Shown piece after piece: positions 38,551-52,700 of a stretch of 64,000 nt of DNA. The stretch spans positions 7,874,001-7,938,000 of the forward strand of contig OZ176056.1 of assembly GCA_964247055.1 (NCBI GenBank), in the 5' to 3' direction. Source of the stretch: Paragordius varius. Its lineage: Eukaryota; Animalia; Nematomorpha. Every line of letters starts with the position of its first letter. The first letter of the stretch is position 1. Under the pieces are notes generated by a model. That model did not search any database. It was not told where the DNA came from and was given only the letters and a program-made list of their open reading frames with translations. A program made the position numbers and the translations under genes.

Positions 38551-38781
38551 CAAGGACCAGGCTGGTTCTTATACCTGGTTGGATCATGGGAAATAGCAAT
38601 GATTATAGACAAAGTACGGTTTTACGAAGAATAAAGACAAATAATCGATTAAACTCTTTACACCCTTCATTTAATTTTTAGTTTTCAATATTTTAATGTT
38701 TAATAAACGGTTGCAATCAAACAATTTTTTTCCCTACATTTATCATTAATTTAATTATCCAAAGATGGACACGCTATACAC

Positions 38782-41493
38782 CAGGGGTGGCCACACTTTT
38801 TTTGTCGCGAGCTTTTTTTTGGCTTTTTTGTTAAAAAAAGAGTTCGCGGTCACCCAGAAATATTTATCAAAAAAACTCAATCAACACTTTAAATGATGTA
38901 TATACCTGCTTTACAGATTAGAGTGACTTGTTTAAACCATTTTATTGTAATTTTTTTCTATCAACCAAATACAAAAATAATTTTAATTAAAAGACAACGG
39001 GTTATTAACTACCTTAATTTTTTAACCAACATAAAACACTTCAAAATATTTATTTATTAAATTTCTATTATATGAAATTTTACAATATAAAAATTTAAAC
39101 AATGCATTTGAAATTACAGGGGAGAATACATTATGATACAAAAAATAAAAGAAATAAAAAATAGCATTCCAATTTAGAACCATAATTTGAACATAAATAA
39201 GAGTACATTAAAATTGTATCAGTTTTAATTCTATCCACATATTTTTTAGTAAATCGGCTTTTTCCTAAGCGAAAATACAACTCGATAAACATCCATATTT
39301 AATAAAGAAAAAAATATTTAAACGCCCGACTGCGAAAAAATTCAGAAAGTTTATCTAAATTAGGTTCAAATGAAGTCAAAGCAATCAAACATGATTCTAA
39401 ATGTTTATTAGTTAATTGTGACCTCTGTTTAGTTTTAATAGCATTCATAATTGAAAAAGCCGATTCACATAAATATGTGGATCCAAAAAAAGAATTGAAT
39501 AATGCAGCGGTTTTCCAAATATGGTGGTATTTATCTTTATTTATAAATTTATATATATCTGATCCTAATGATTTTAGATGGATATCGCATTTAACATTTA
39601 TTAATTCTTCTTCCAACTCTGCTAAATTTGGTACACCAAGAAAGTGGGTGAGTTTTTGAGCAATATATTCAACATTATTATTATTATTATTAAATGGGCA
39701 TGATAAAAAAATAGCGATGTCTTCAAGTTTATTTACAGATGAAAATCGTTTTTCAAAATCATTAATAAGCAGACCAATATCATCTGCATATTTTTCAAAA
39801 GAGAGATTCTCTATTTTTTCAGACACCGCTGCCAGATTAAAAAAATGTTTTAAATCTCGGTTTTTTAATTGTGTTTCTACTACTGTTAGTGTTTCATTAG
39901 GAGATATTAAAGCACCCATCATATCCATTATTGTTTTATCTTTTCCTTGTAATTGGATGTTTAATTTATGCAATTTTTCCGTGATATCGCATAAAAATGC
40001 AAGATCAAGCAGCCAATCCTGATCTTTCAATTCAGGGTATGAAAATTTAGAATTCTCTAAAAAAATTTCTATTTATGGTAAAAGTTGCCTAAATCTAATT
40101 AAAAATGCGGCACGACTCAACCACCTTACATCAGTATGTAATAAAAGTTCTCCATATTCCACGCCGCACTCATTTAACAAAATTCGAAATTGGCGGCGGG
40201 ACAAGCTTTTTGTTCGAATGGCGTTAACAATTTTAAAACAGGGGTTCATTACATAATGGTATTTAAAAACTTTTGAACATAAAACTTGATTATGGATTAT
40301 ACAATGGTAATCAATGAACTTGGGAAATGCACTGTGATTTTTACATAAAGCGATAAAGCCGTTGTTAACGCCAATCATAGCTGGAGCTCCATCAGTAGTT
40401 ATAGATGCGAGTTTTACGATGGGAAGTTTCGATCTGTGATAAATTTATAAAAAGAATCAAAAATATCCTGCCCTCTGGTTCGTTCGTGGAGAGGTATTAT
40501 AGTTAAAATTTCTTCTTTGCAGATAAATCACTAAATATCATACGAATAAAAATGCATAATTGGGCGATTCCAACATAATCGGTGGACTCATCGAGTTGCA
40601 AGGAAAAAAAATACAGTTATTAATATTTTCATGTAAAATTTCATCAAGATTATTACTAATATCTTCAGCCCTGCGCATAACGGTATTTCTCGATAAGCTT
40701 ATGCTTTTAATAGCTGTCATAATATTATTTTTGTTATCAAAATTTTCAAATAAAATATCACAAGCGCTAATAAAGGCTTCTTTAAATATTTCACCATCTT
40801 GGAATGGCTTATTGTTCCGAATGAGTATTTCCGCTACCTTGAATGAAGCAATCGTAGCATTTTTATAGTCTTTGTTGTATTTAAGTATGCTATTTTGTGA
40901 GGCGGATAATTGTTCTTTTAATTCCTTTACTTTAATGTTGCGTCCTTGAGTTTGTAAGGGGTAGTTTTTGGAGTAATGTGGATGCAGAGAGCTATAATGT
41001 CTTTCAATATTTGACTTTTTGGGCAAAGCAACAGTACTATTGCATATTAGACAGGTGCATGTTTCATTTATCATAATAAAAAAGTATTCATGCCCCCAAT
41101 CTTTCTTGTATCTGTACAACTTTTTTTGGCTCATTCTAAAATATAAGTTTTACAAACCTACTTTTGGTGTATCAAATCAAATCTAACTTCACGATTATGC
41201 TTCTGATTTATGAATAAGCTTTGCTCAAAGTTTTGATATATTCAAGGGTAATGACTGATTTTAAGTTTTAATGCAAATGCTCCAAAACATATGAATTATA
41301 ATTAATAAAATAATTTTTTTACACCCTTTTCTTAGACGTTTTTTTTTAATTTAAACCGTATTTTTTTGTATTTTAAATTTAAATTCGCTCAGAAGTAGCC
41401 AACTATCCGAAAAAAATCAATAAAATTTTTAAAAAAAATATTTTCAGGCGGTCACTTTTTGAGTTGTCGCGGTCACCTCGTTGGCCACCCCTG
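38782..41493 (-). mobile_element. Full-length hAT (SPIN/Charlie, GTF2IRD2-like) transposon, 2712 bp
   Basis: TIRs CAGGGGTGGCCA / TGGCCACCCCTG; perfect 8-bp TSD CTATACAC (38774-38781, 41494-41501). Confidence 0.95.
39299..41134 (-). pseudogene. hAT transposase broken by frameshifts
   Basis: TCLICNSTV...ERHY, ITTDGAPAMIG, HCIIHNQVLC, HTDVRWLS, WLLDLAFLCDIT, FGSTYLCESAFS across three or more frames. Confidence 0.9.
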
Positions 41494-41509
41494 CTATACA
41501 CAGTTCAGT

Positions 41510-43080
41510 AATATCATTTCTTAAAACTCATGTGCCTTAACATTACTCCCTTTGTGGTTGGTTATAAATATTAGTAATTGACAATCATTTAATAAATTGA
41601 GACACATGGTATTTCTTTTATTTTCTATGGTGTATTTTTTATCAAAATAAAATATTGTTTAATTATGACAATAGGTTTTTTTACGGTATCATTCAAGAAG
41701 GAATTATAGGCGCATATGCTAAAAAATTTATATTGAAAATGGACAAATGTTTATCTATAATCAATGTTTTCGATTGAAAATATTTTACAGTAGCGTATGC
41801 AGTAAAAGATTGTTAGTGCAAAATAATCTTAACTAACACAAAACAGGGGGATATTATGGATATGTTTATAAATAGGACTGAATGATAATTAATTATGAAA
41901 ATTAAGGACATTTGGTCGGCACATTTGGTATTGAAAAGCTAATACATAAAATTTTTGCGAGAAATATTTATGATGTATTTTATTGAAAATTTATTGAATG
42001 TTTATGAATACTCAGAGAAAAATGAAGCCACAATACCAAATATTCAACAAACTTCTAGAAATGTATTACAAGATATATCCAATTTAGATAACCTTTTTAG
42101 AAGATTAGAAGTATGAATACTACAAAAAATTAAGAAAAATAAAAGTTTAGCAGTTAATAAGAGGTTAATAAATAATATAAGCAATGCATTTAACAAGTAA
42201 ATTTATGTAATTTATTTTTAACAAAAAACCCTTAATTTTAAAAATATTTCAATTTATCTCACGCTTATTCAGTTTTAAATAGATCGAGAAAAGCAAGTAA
42301 TAATTTAAATAAAGATCTTGTATAATTTCTAATTGTATTTGTAAACATTTCTATAATTTAAATCACAAAAATTAATATTTTTTTATAAGAAATCTGGGAA
42401 ATAATGTTTCACTAATATTTTTACAATTTTTCATCGCAATTTTACAAAACCAAATGCGCATTTTTACATATACCAAGATTGTCCCCTGATTTTGTCTACA
42501 CTATCCATAATATCCCCCTGTTTTGTGTTCATGAAGATTATTTTGCACTAACAATCTTTTACTGCATACGCTACTGTATATGGTGACATACACGATTACG
42601 ACGAAAAAAGGTAGCATTCAATATCAGCTCAAAGGAAGTAAGGAATTAACAAATTAAAAGAACAAAAAGTTACCTGCAAACCTAAATATCTTTTAAATAT
42701 TTTTGGACACCTGAAACTATTAAAAAAGGTCATCAAATCTCTGATCCAGAATACTATGAATGTCCCGTCAAAGATATAGCCAGTCTTTTGGGGTTAACAC
42801 AACACATTTACAAATTTTTAAGATACTTACGTGACAATAATGAATTTATTATAGACAAAAAAGGAACAAAACTTAAAGGGGAGATCCCTATATAACTGTT
42901 AACGTCAAAAAAATTATCAATGAATATCACGAATCAACTCTGCAGGATATCTTAAGACGACTCCCGGATGATTGTAAAATTGGGATGATGACTCTATCAA
43001 ATATCGCAAAATACCTTGATTACAATAATATGACAAGATTATATAAAAGACTGTTAAATGAAAATTCAGCTGGTACTATA
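41510..43080 (+). pseudogene. Second, 3'-truncated copy of the IS630/Tc1-like relic, with a MITE at 41788-42576
   Basis: Direct similarity to 11280-11970 (e.g. tctgcaggatatcttaagacgactcccggatgattgtaa); MITE inserted at a TA present once in copy 1 (ttttatatggtgac). Confidence 0.85.
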
Positions 43081-43248
43081 GAAGCCAGGTAACAGTGCCC
43101 GAGCATTTGCGGCGCCTGGAGCATAAAACTCTTATGCCCCCTTCCCCCTTTTTTTGAAAGCCAATAAAACAATTTAGAAAAAAATACAAACGTTTCAACC
43201 TAAACACCATAGAAAAGAGAGCACAGTCATATATATTTTAAATCTATT

Positions 43249-43250
<2 letters not shown>

Positions 43251-43279
<29 letters not shown>
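43251..43279. repeat. (TA)n microsatellite
   Basis: About 14 TA units. Confidence 0.95.
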
Positions 43280-43283
<4 letters not shown>

Positions 43284-45164
43284 CTAAATTTATTTTTATT
43301 CAAATACATACATGTGAACATTCTATTAAATTCTATAATATGGAAATCTATATATTTATAAAAATGGAAAAGGGTGGCTTTGTGATCTGTTTCCGGAAAA
43401 CCAGAAGACTCATTCAAATCCAAATGTCGAAAAAATATAATCATTAATGAATGCCCCGACAATAGCTTTGCCCTTTTTTAGGTCCCCAGTTCGGGCCCAT
43501 CCCGTGTAAAAAATGGGTTTTTGAAGCCACAAGAATCATGTCTTTGAGACAATTTACCGGAAAATGTGTTGATCCATTCGATTTCAAATATAATTTTTTT
43601 TACTTATTTTCGATTGCGCCGATCATAGTCGGCTCGCTTTTTAATTTAGGCCCTCTTTTTACCCGCTCCCCCCGTAAAATGCCATTTTTATTTAAAAAAA
43701 CTATGTCCACAAAAATAATTTTTTAACTTCTATTTTTCGCCCAAAGTATGACACCGGAGAAATTCAATAGGGATTCCAGGTATTCCCTGTTAAAAGGGAA
43801 AAATTTTAGTTAAGCGTTTCTTTGATGATAGCTGCTGGGTAAGAGATACCCGCTAAAAACTGACCCGTCATATCAAAATAGCGTGCCTTTGGGGCTAAAT
43901 TTAAACCTATCAGGCATGAGTACAATAGCTGCTTAAAGTATTATAAGCAAAAATTTAGGTCATGCGGTTTTTAAAATTAGCCGTTAATTAGGCCCTTCAT
44001 GCCATGAAAAATGCGCAACATAGAATGATTTTTTAATTTTGAGGCAATTTTTCCAATCATGATTCCAGGTATACTCCGTAAAAAGACAAAAATTTTAATC
44101 AAGCGCTTTTTTATCAGCCTCTGGATAGGGGTGACCCGCCTAAAACTGCGCCACCATATCAAAATTGCGTTGTTTAGATGTTAATTTTTAAAAAACTTAT
44201 CAGGCCATATAAGTTTTATAAGGGCCTGATACCCGTAAAAAGGCAAAAATTAAGCCGAGCGGTTTTTTAAATTAGCCATTAATTAGGCCCTTTACGCCCT
44301 AAAAATGCGCTATCAGTGAACTATTATTTAGTTTTGAGCCATTCTTTCAAAAATTATTAAGAACATATGGAATGAATGATAATTCCAGGCATTCCCCTAT
44401 AAAGGCATTTTTTTTTCGAAAGTCTTTTGTATATTGGCCTCTGGGTAGGGGGCTACCCGCCAACAGCTGCACCATATCGATACAGCGTGACTTCGAAGGC
44501 AAATGAAAATTAATCAGCCCATATGAGTTTAATAAGGGCTTGAAATATTACCCGTTAAAAGGAAAAAAATTATGTAGAGAGGTTTTAAATTACCCCATAA
44601 TTAGGCCCTTGCCCTGAAAAATGCGCCACCATAGAATAAATTTTTGGTTTTGAGCCAAGCCAATTTTTCGAAAATCCCACGAGAGCATATGGAATCAGTC
44701 ATGATTCCAGGTATTACCCGGATTAATAATCGAGCGTTTTTCTTTTCGCCTTAGGGGGCTACCCGCAAAAACTGTGACACTATACAGCCAGCCTTTGGAG
44801 CCAAATTACAGAAAACCTATATGTCCAATAGCAACATAAAAATCCATGATAATTCCAGATATTCTCCATATAAAGGCATAATTATGCTCATTGCTTTTTT
44901 ATACCTTCCCCTGAGTAGGGGGCTACCCGAAAAACTGGGCCACTATATAGAAATTGCGTTGTTTTGAAGCTAATATACGGAAAATTTATGAGGCCATATG
45001 AGTTCATGAAATGCTTGAAATATTACCCGTGACTAGGTAAAAAAGATCAGGCGTTTTTTATTAGCCGTTAATTTGGGGCCTTTATGCCCTAAAAATACGC
45101 CATCATATAACGATTATTTAGTGTTGAGGTATTTTTTCGAAAAACCATGAGACGATGGTATCAA

Positions 45165-45667
45165 TAGGGTTGTGCTGACCAAGTCATGACCCGGTCAGTG
45201 ACTATTTATTTTTTGACCATAGTCATTTCAGCTGTTTTTTGAAAAATTGCTGGTAATTTTTTTGGAAGAAAAATAGTAAGTTATTTTTTAATATATTATA
45301 AAAAAATATATAATTTGAATTTGCTTATTTAAAAATTTAAAATGTTAAACATTCATCCTTAAAACATTAACATTTAAGCATATCCAGTTATTTCGAAAAA
45401 AACAATCCAACTTTTCATAAAATATTCAATTATTCCATATATGTGAACTAATAAAATGAAAAAACATTTTATAATTGGATATATCAATGATCAAACAAAA
45501 TGTAAAAAAACAGGAAAAAATTTATTTGAAATATCCAGTATTAAAAGCGAGGTATTTGAAAATTCAGAAGTAATTATATAATCCAATATCGCATGGTATT
45601 TACTTAGGTAATGTGGTCATGACCGTGGTCATGACCATGGTCTGACTGACCGGACTTTTTTGAACTA
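45165..45667. mobile_element. hAT MITE, copy 2 (inverted relative to 10071-10566)
   Basis: Starts TAGGGTTGTG; TSD GGTATCAA / GCTATCAA (7/8); small deletion near the right end. Confidence 0.85.
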
Positions 45668-45888
45668 GCTATCAAAGATTCCCAAATATTTGCCCTATAA
45701 AGGTAATATCAACAAATTTCTGAGAATGATGAGTGTGCATTTAGTATGTAGTCTAAAACTTGTCACGTAGTATATAACATGTCACGTAAAATAAATAACA
45801 GAAAAGTATTATAAGTATGCATTGAATAGCAACGTAATATATAAAATAGAGTTATGTTTTGTTGCATATTATATAACATCATATCATA

Positions 45889-45900
45889 TCTCCCACCTTT
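45889..45900 (-). promoter_or_regulatory. Polypurine tract AAAGGTGGGAGA
   Basis: 2 nt before the TG start of the 3' LTR (45886). Confidence 0.85.
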
Positions 45901-48900
45901 AATAAGAAAGACGATCCGGAGCTTTTCGTTCCCGGCGAGGATAACGGCTTTGTACTTCTGTCAAGTTACACTCCGACTCCACAGCTTCCGTAACTGGGAT
46001 CTCTGGTACAATGTCAAGGGCGGGTTGTGACATAACAGACTTCTGTAGCTGATCGGCGTGTTTTCGAATTTTGCTACCGCCATCAGTCTTGTAAGATAAT
46101 AATCCTGTTCTTTCAATTACTTTTCCTTTCCGCCACCCCTCTGCTGTTTCATTTTTAATCAGAATAGCATCATCAACGTCGAATTCTCGTAAGGGGGCTC
46201 TAGTATTATCCGTAAAATTTGATGGTATTGTCTTTAACCATGACAAGGGACCTAACAATTCTCTTTTTAGGAATAATGAGCACGGTGTTGCTCTCGTTGC
46301 ACTATGAATTGCTTGCCGATAGCTCCACAAAATGGTATTCATTGCTTCTTGCGGAGAGATGTCAGCCCTCTTCGTAGCTTTATATTTAGTTTTCAATGTG
46401 TAAATAGATTTCTACCAACCCATTCGTTCGTGGGTGATACGGACTCGACATAACATGTTTGATGTTTAAGTGTTTAAGCCTTTCATCAAAATCGTGCGAT
46501 ACAAAATACGATGCATTATCACTTACTATTATTTTAGGAAAACCATATCTCGCAAACAATTGTTCTAAGCAATTTAAAACAGACCTGCTCGTAACTTGTT
46601 TCAATAAATTAACTTCCAGCCATCTGGACGAGCTGTCAATTGTTACCAGCCAGTTGAAATTATCAATGGGACCAGAAATATCTATGTGTATTCTTTCCCA
46701 GACGGCGGTGTTGAAATTCCATTTGTATGTTGGGTTTTCCTGGACATTAGGCTTGTATCTTTGACATGAGTCACATGTCTTCGCAAGCAATTCAATACTT
46801 TGGTCCAAGTCTGGCCAATATACACTGTGGCGCGCAAGGGACTTCATGGTACTTATCCCTGGGTGTCCAGTGTGAAAGTAGTTTAGGACTTTATTTTGCA
46901 TGGATCTAGGAACAATGAGTCTATCCTCCAAATAAACTAAACCATACGATGCTTGGATAGCGTTGCGATGTGATTGATAATTTTTTAGATCTGGATCATC
47001 CCAATTGTTGGAATTTAATGCAATTTTTAATTTTTTTATCACCGGGTCCTTATTGGACTGAACTAATACATTTTTTTTTATTAATGTTCAAATCGTTCAT
47101 AGATAAGAACCGAATTTTTTCAGCTACAACATGATCATCATTCATTTCAGGATCGTCAATTGCTAATCTTGATAGGGGATCAGCTAAATTTTGAACCCCT
47201 TTATTGAAATGAATGGTATAATCATACCCCGATATTTTATAAATCCAACGTAATAATTTTATATTAGTGACTCCGGTTAAGTTCCGGTCTTCCCCAAATA
47301 ATTTAATCAGTGGTTTATGATAGTCAATATTTTAAAAGATCTCCCATATATGAAAGGGTGAAATTTGTTTACCGCGAACAAAATCACCTTGGCCTCTCTT
47401 TCGATCGTCGAATAATGTTTTTCAGAATTTAAACATTTCCTGGATGCGAAAGAGATTGGCCGCTTGCCATCTTCGGTTACATGGAAAAGGATGGCACCCA
47501 AACCTTCGTTTGAAGCATCGGTCTCAATCAATAATGGCAATCGCGGATTGTACGGAATCAGTTCCACAAAATTTGCTATTAGTTGTTTTGACAGTGCAAA
47601 TTGTTTATCATGAATATTCTCCCATTTCCATGGCATTTTGTTTCCAGTTAAAGTGTGCAGATCACTTATGAGTGAATGTAATCTTGGAATAATGAAAGTT
47701 TAATAATCCTAAAAAGGACCGTAATGTTGTTTTGTCCTTTGGAACAGGACATTTCAAAATAGCCTTGATTTTTTCATCCGTTGGCTTAATACCTCTTTTA
47801 GATATTTCGTATCCCATGTAGGATACTTTTTCCTGGAAGAATTTCATTTTATCTGGTTGCAAACGGAATCCGGCCTGTTCAAGTTTCTCCAACACATGTT
47901 CAAGATTTGCTTTGTGTTGAGTGTCTGTATTGCCGGTTACCAGAACATCATCCAGATAAGCACAAACGCCTGTGCAATCATCCAGAATTTGATCCATAAC
48001 TCGTTGAAATATCATTGGAGCATTTGTGAGCCCGAAAGGTAATCGTTTATACGTAAAGTAACCTCTGTGTGTTGTAATTGTCAGAATATTAGAGCATTCT
48101 TTATCAACCGGTAGTTTTAAGTAGGCATCCTTGAGATCCAAAACTGAAAATGAATGTCCATTTCCGATTTTACCCAATAATTGATCAAATGTCGGAATGA
48201 TATGAGAATCTTTTGATAGATAAGGATTGATTGTGACACGAAAATCGGCGCAGATACGAGCCTCCTCATTAGATTTTAACACGTTGACCGTTGAGGTTGC
48301 CCAAGATATCTCAGTTGTTGTTGGGTCTATTGGTTCTATAATCCCTAAATCTAACAATCTATTCAATTCATTTTCTACCAATGGTTGCAATGGTAGAGGA
48401 ACTCTACGGCATGGAAAAGCTTTTGGTTTTGCATCCGGTGTCAAAAAATTTTTGATCGGATTGCCGTTGTAACAACCAAGTTCCTTTGAGAATAGTTTTG
48501 GAAATATTTTGGTCAGCTCCATCTTCTCATTAGAATTTATATTATTGATTTCACCTTTTGGAAAAGGTAGCTTGTACGCTTTTATCCAAGGTAATCCAAA
48601 AATTGGATCAAAATTGCTTTTAGTTACGATACATAACGTTTTCTTTTCATTGTACAACGTCACAGTGATCATAGTTTTCCCTAAGATTGTTATCTTATTA
48701 TTATCATACGTGGTTATTTGATCGGACCACGTTAACTTAGGGCTACCGATCTGCTTCCATATTTGTTGACTTATGAGACAGCAGTCAGCACCGGTATCGA
48801 AAATCATATCTATCATATTATTGTTGATCTTCACTTTTATTTTAGGGGTAGTGCCCGCTTTTATAGATCTAATTTGATCTAAATTTCTCACCAACTTTGT

Positions 48901-49784
48901 TTTGCACATTGAACTAAAGTGGTTATTTTTGTTGCAATTGTAGCACGTTTTGCCCCAAGCCGGACACTTGTTTCTCACATGCAGTGATCCACAATTTCTG
49001 CAATTTACTTTAGAATCATTATTATCCCGGACATCATTATTCTTATTGTTTTTATAATTATTATTGTTATAATGGCCCTTGTTAAAACTTCCATGAGGTT
49101 TTACATTTCTGGATCTATCCACTTTAAGCTTATTGATTTGCGAGGGAAGATTATCGGCTTCCTCAAAACTTAAAGCCATATCGACCAACATTTGTAGTGT
49201 CAGTGGTTTGTCATCTAACTTACCGAGCGGATATTTTATGTGGAGTTCTCTTTCTAATCTGGGTTGATTTAATCCAATCAAAAATATATCCCTGATTTTG
49301 TTAGAAATGTCCGAATCAAATCCAGAATTGTCGGCCAAAATTTTCAAACGTTCTAAATACAAAGAATAGATTCATTCTCACCACGACGAATACGATAAAA
49401 TGCACATCTATTCACCCATAGACTTTTGTCTGGGGCATAGATTTGAACTGCAATTTTATAGATTTCCGGCCATTCCAAATCTTCGATGGTATCAGGATAT
49501 AGAATATTTTCAATTTTGTTCAAAATTTTAATACCACCGAAAGCTAAAAATAATTTTTTTATATTGAAATCCGTGACAGGAATATCCCTGGCCGCGAGTA
49601 CCCTTTCTATGTGCTTGACATAATTTTTGAAATTGTAACATTCGTCAAATGGTTCAAGAATTATTCGATTTAGAGGATTTTGTGCATTACTAAATGATGT
49701 ATCTCCGGGATTTTCCATTAGGCAGAATAAATTTTTTTCTCGTCGCCAAATAATATCAGTTGGGTATAATTTATTATAACACAA
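45899..49784 (-). pseudogene. gag-pol polyprotein, frameshifted into five or more pieces
   Basis: Cys/His knuckle region CRNCGSLH...CPAWGKTCYNCNKNNHFSSMC, FDTGAD, YLDD, ETDASNEGLGA, H-GHPG...C..C, SDNASYF, NGLVE. Confidence 0.92.
49739..49748 (-). promoter_or_regulatory. Primer-binding site TGGCGACGAG (tRNA-Ser type)
   Basis: Lies 2 nt inside the 5' LTR end; complementary to the CUCGUCGCCA 3' end typical of eukaryotic tRNA-Ser(GCU). Confidence 0.8.
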
Positions 49785-52700
49785 TAATGGGAAAACACAG
49801 TAATGCCATAGACTTAAAGAAGCTGTTGTTTATATAGGTTATATTTAATTCCGAGAAATGTATACGGATCTTATTATATATTTTTATCGTGCATTAACAT
49901 ATACAAATTTCTGAGAATGATGAGTGTGCATTTAGTATGTAGTCTAAAACTTGTCACGTAGTATATAACATGTCACGTAAAATATTAATAACAGAAAAGT
50001 ATTATAAGTATGCATTGAATAGCAACGTAATATATAAAATAGAGTTATGTTTTGTTGCATATTATATAACATCATATCAAAAGGGAAAGAATTTAACTCA
50101 GCTCTTTTCCATATAGGTCTATGCGTAGGGGTCTACCGGTTTAAAACTGAGACGCCATACAAAAATGGCGTGGTTTTGGATCTGATTAAAAAACTTAAGA
50201 AGACATATGAGTTCAGTTAAACACAATTCTGGCGCATTTGTACATCATTCATTCCTTTAAAAAGGGACCAAAAATGATTTATTATTATATCCCTTGCTCC
50301 CAGCTGTGTGAACACAATTTCAAAATAAGACTTTTAACCATAATTTCAAAACAAAAAATCTTAAATTAAATCCAATGATTGAATATTAACTTTCATTAGC
50401 AGTTTAAATATGGCAATTTAGAGTAAACAATATTTATGCAAACTTGTAAAAAAATAATTAAAGATATTTTTTTTATTTAATATGTTTTTCATTATTTTAT
50501 CTCCATTACCTCTATTTATTGCAAATTATTAAGAATATTTACGTTGAGACGTCACAGCGAAGCGTTACAGGGCCAGCTAGTAATTATATATATGCTATGA
50601 TCATCAAAAAAATTCATGGGTCTTTTTATAATATTTTTTTCAAAGTGCACGCATTAACTATTACGAATATAGGCTCTTGAACAATATAAATAGGTTAAAT
50701 TAAGTATCACAAAAATTGGCTACCTTGTTTTTTATCATATTGGCACTAAATTCATACATAATATTGTGTTGTGACCCGAATTATATACCGATAATGTACC
50801 CAAAAATTAGTAGTACATTGTGGACAGAAAAAATGAGTTTAAGGGCCTTGTGCGGCTCGTAGGTCCGGTTTGAATACCACTGATATTATTATTGTTTATT
50901 TTTTGTAATTGATTAAGGATGTTCTAGTTAGGTGCTACTCCCACGGCCCTAAAAGTGCTTTTTATGGCCCTGAATTATTTATAAAATTTTGATGTACTTA
51001 TTTTAAATATAAAACTCTGCAGATGTGTCAAACAGCGAAGTTTTTACCAGTATTATATGGAATAAATATTAGCGGGTGTTAAAAAAATTGGTATGCATCT
51101 GTTTTATAATTTGCGTATTATGAAATTATTAAAAGTAGATACTTTAAAATTTTTGGAAGTAAAACATAAAAGAAGGCATAACCTGGGTAAAAGTATAGTA
51201 CTTTCTAAAATATAAGACTTCAAGTTTATGGTTTATTACCAGAAGTTTATTACATTATTATTGATATACGATAAATCTTCTTATTCAACACGCCCTTGTT
51301 CATTACTTAAAAGTGTGCTATAAAAAATGTTAAAATGGTAAATAATTGGATATCAATCAAAAATTTAGGAATATATAGAAGATATATCGTCCATTTGGCT
51401 CATAATAAATAGAAAATAACCAAAAATTATCAAAGAGCCACCAAAATAATTGTTTAACAATCCTGTTATAGATTATAAAAATCCACGCAAATAATTACGT
51501 CTGTGTTATCTTGAAGTTTCTAATGTAAATATTAAAAAAATTATGAACATTGCAAATCCATATCCTTAAATACAATTCTACATTGTTAATAACACCTATC
51601 GGCAGCTAGAATTAATAAAACCGTTTTAGAAATAACAACCGTTAATTTTATTTCAAAAAATTGGTATAACCTTCCCCATACTACAGTAAAAAATGCACAA
51701 CTTTGGGTAGGCCAAAATAAACAACTTTAACCAAAAATGCACATGAGTTTTTTTAAAACAAGCGTTTTCCTTCCGTTTTAAAGTGTGTCCCAAGCTTCTT
51801 TCAACTAATTGTGAACACCAATATTGAATAATTGAATGCCGCTATATATATATTAAACTCGGGATCATTACGGTATCCAAAGCCAAAATTTTGGTTTACT
51901 ATTTTGAATATATTATAAAGTTTTATATTATATTTGATGTTATCATATACGGTGAAAAGCAGTTACTCGATAATTCTATGGATCATCATTATATAGTGCG
52001 GCTTATAATACGTCTTTTCTATCATTATGTCCTAGATTATAGTTTTATACATTGATAAAAAGTCTTTTTTATAAAAAAAAACGTTTTATATGCTGTATAG
52101 ATAGTTGTCAAACTCAACCGTGCTTAACAATAAGACGATCATAATCTCTTAGAATGAAATTATAACAGGTGTTAGTTACGGGAATGACTACCCTAGAAAT
52201 TAGTTAATTTAGATTATTGTAAAAATTAGTTTGTACAATTATAATTCTGTTTATAACATAACAGTTTCTTATATAGATGATTGACACATAAATTTAATAA
52301 AAATGGGGTGAGTAAGTGGTCCAATTCGTAAATATGTATTTGCGTACGTGATAGGAAAATTTAAAACAATTTTTTTAAAGTTTTCCCTGAGCCAAAAGCC
52401 TTGTCAAGCCAAGGTAACAATTTATTTTTCCCGATTTATAAAACTGTTAATAGCTTTGATTTGTAGCTATGTAATCGAATGATATTATTGAATCAATATT
52501 TACCCAATTTTTTTGCCAGCTAACAATTTATATAGTATGGTATACAAAGATAATATTCAAAAGTTATAGAGCTCAATAAAATTATATACTTCGTAGCTTT
52601 TTACCCCAGATAATTTTAGCCATTAACTTTGAAATTTTCTATGATATTGATATAAATAATTTTGACATAAAAACCTTTGGCGAAGATTTTTATTTAATAC

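Larger units (their letters stand above)
45704..50079 (-). mobile_element. Ty3/Gypsy LTR retrotransposon (Mag-like), 4376 bp
   Basis: 5-bp TSD AAAGG (45699-45703, 50080-50084); LTRs at 49751-50079 and 45704-45886; PBS and PPT present; domain order gag-PR-RT-RH-IN. Confidence 0.95.
43347..50580 (+). mobile_element. Non-autonomous Helitron, copy 2, interrupted by a hAT MITE and a Gypsy element
   Basis: A|TCTATATATTTATAAAAATGG at 43347; ...gtcacagcgaagcgttacagggccagCTAG|T at 50580; internal array at 43760-45160; host sequence rejoins across both insertions. Confidence 0.85.

Noticed and set aside
49340-49370. Programmed gag-pol frameshift
   Set aside because: No slippery heptamer; several other frameshifts in RT/RH/IN indicate decay or sequence error.
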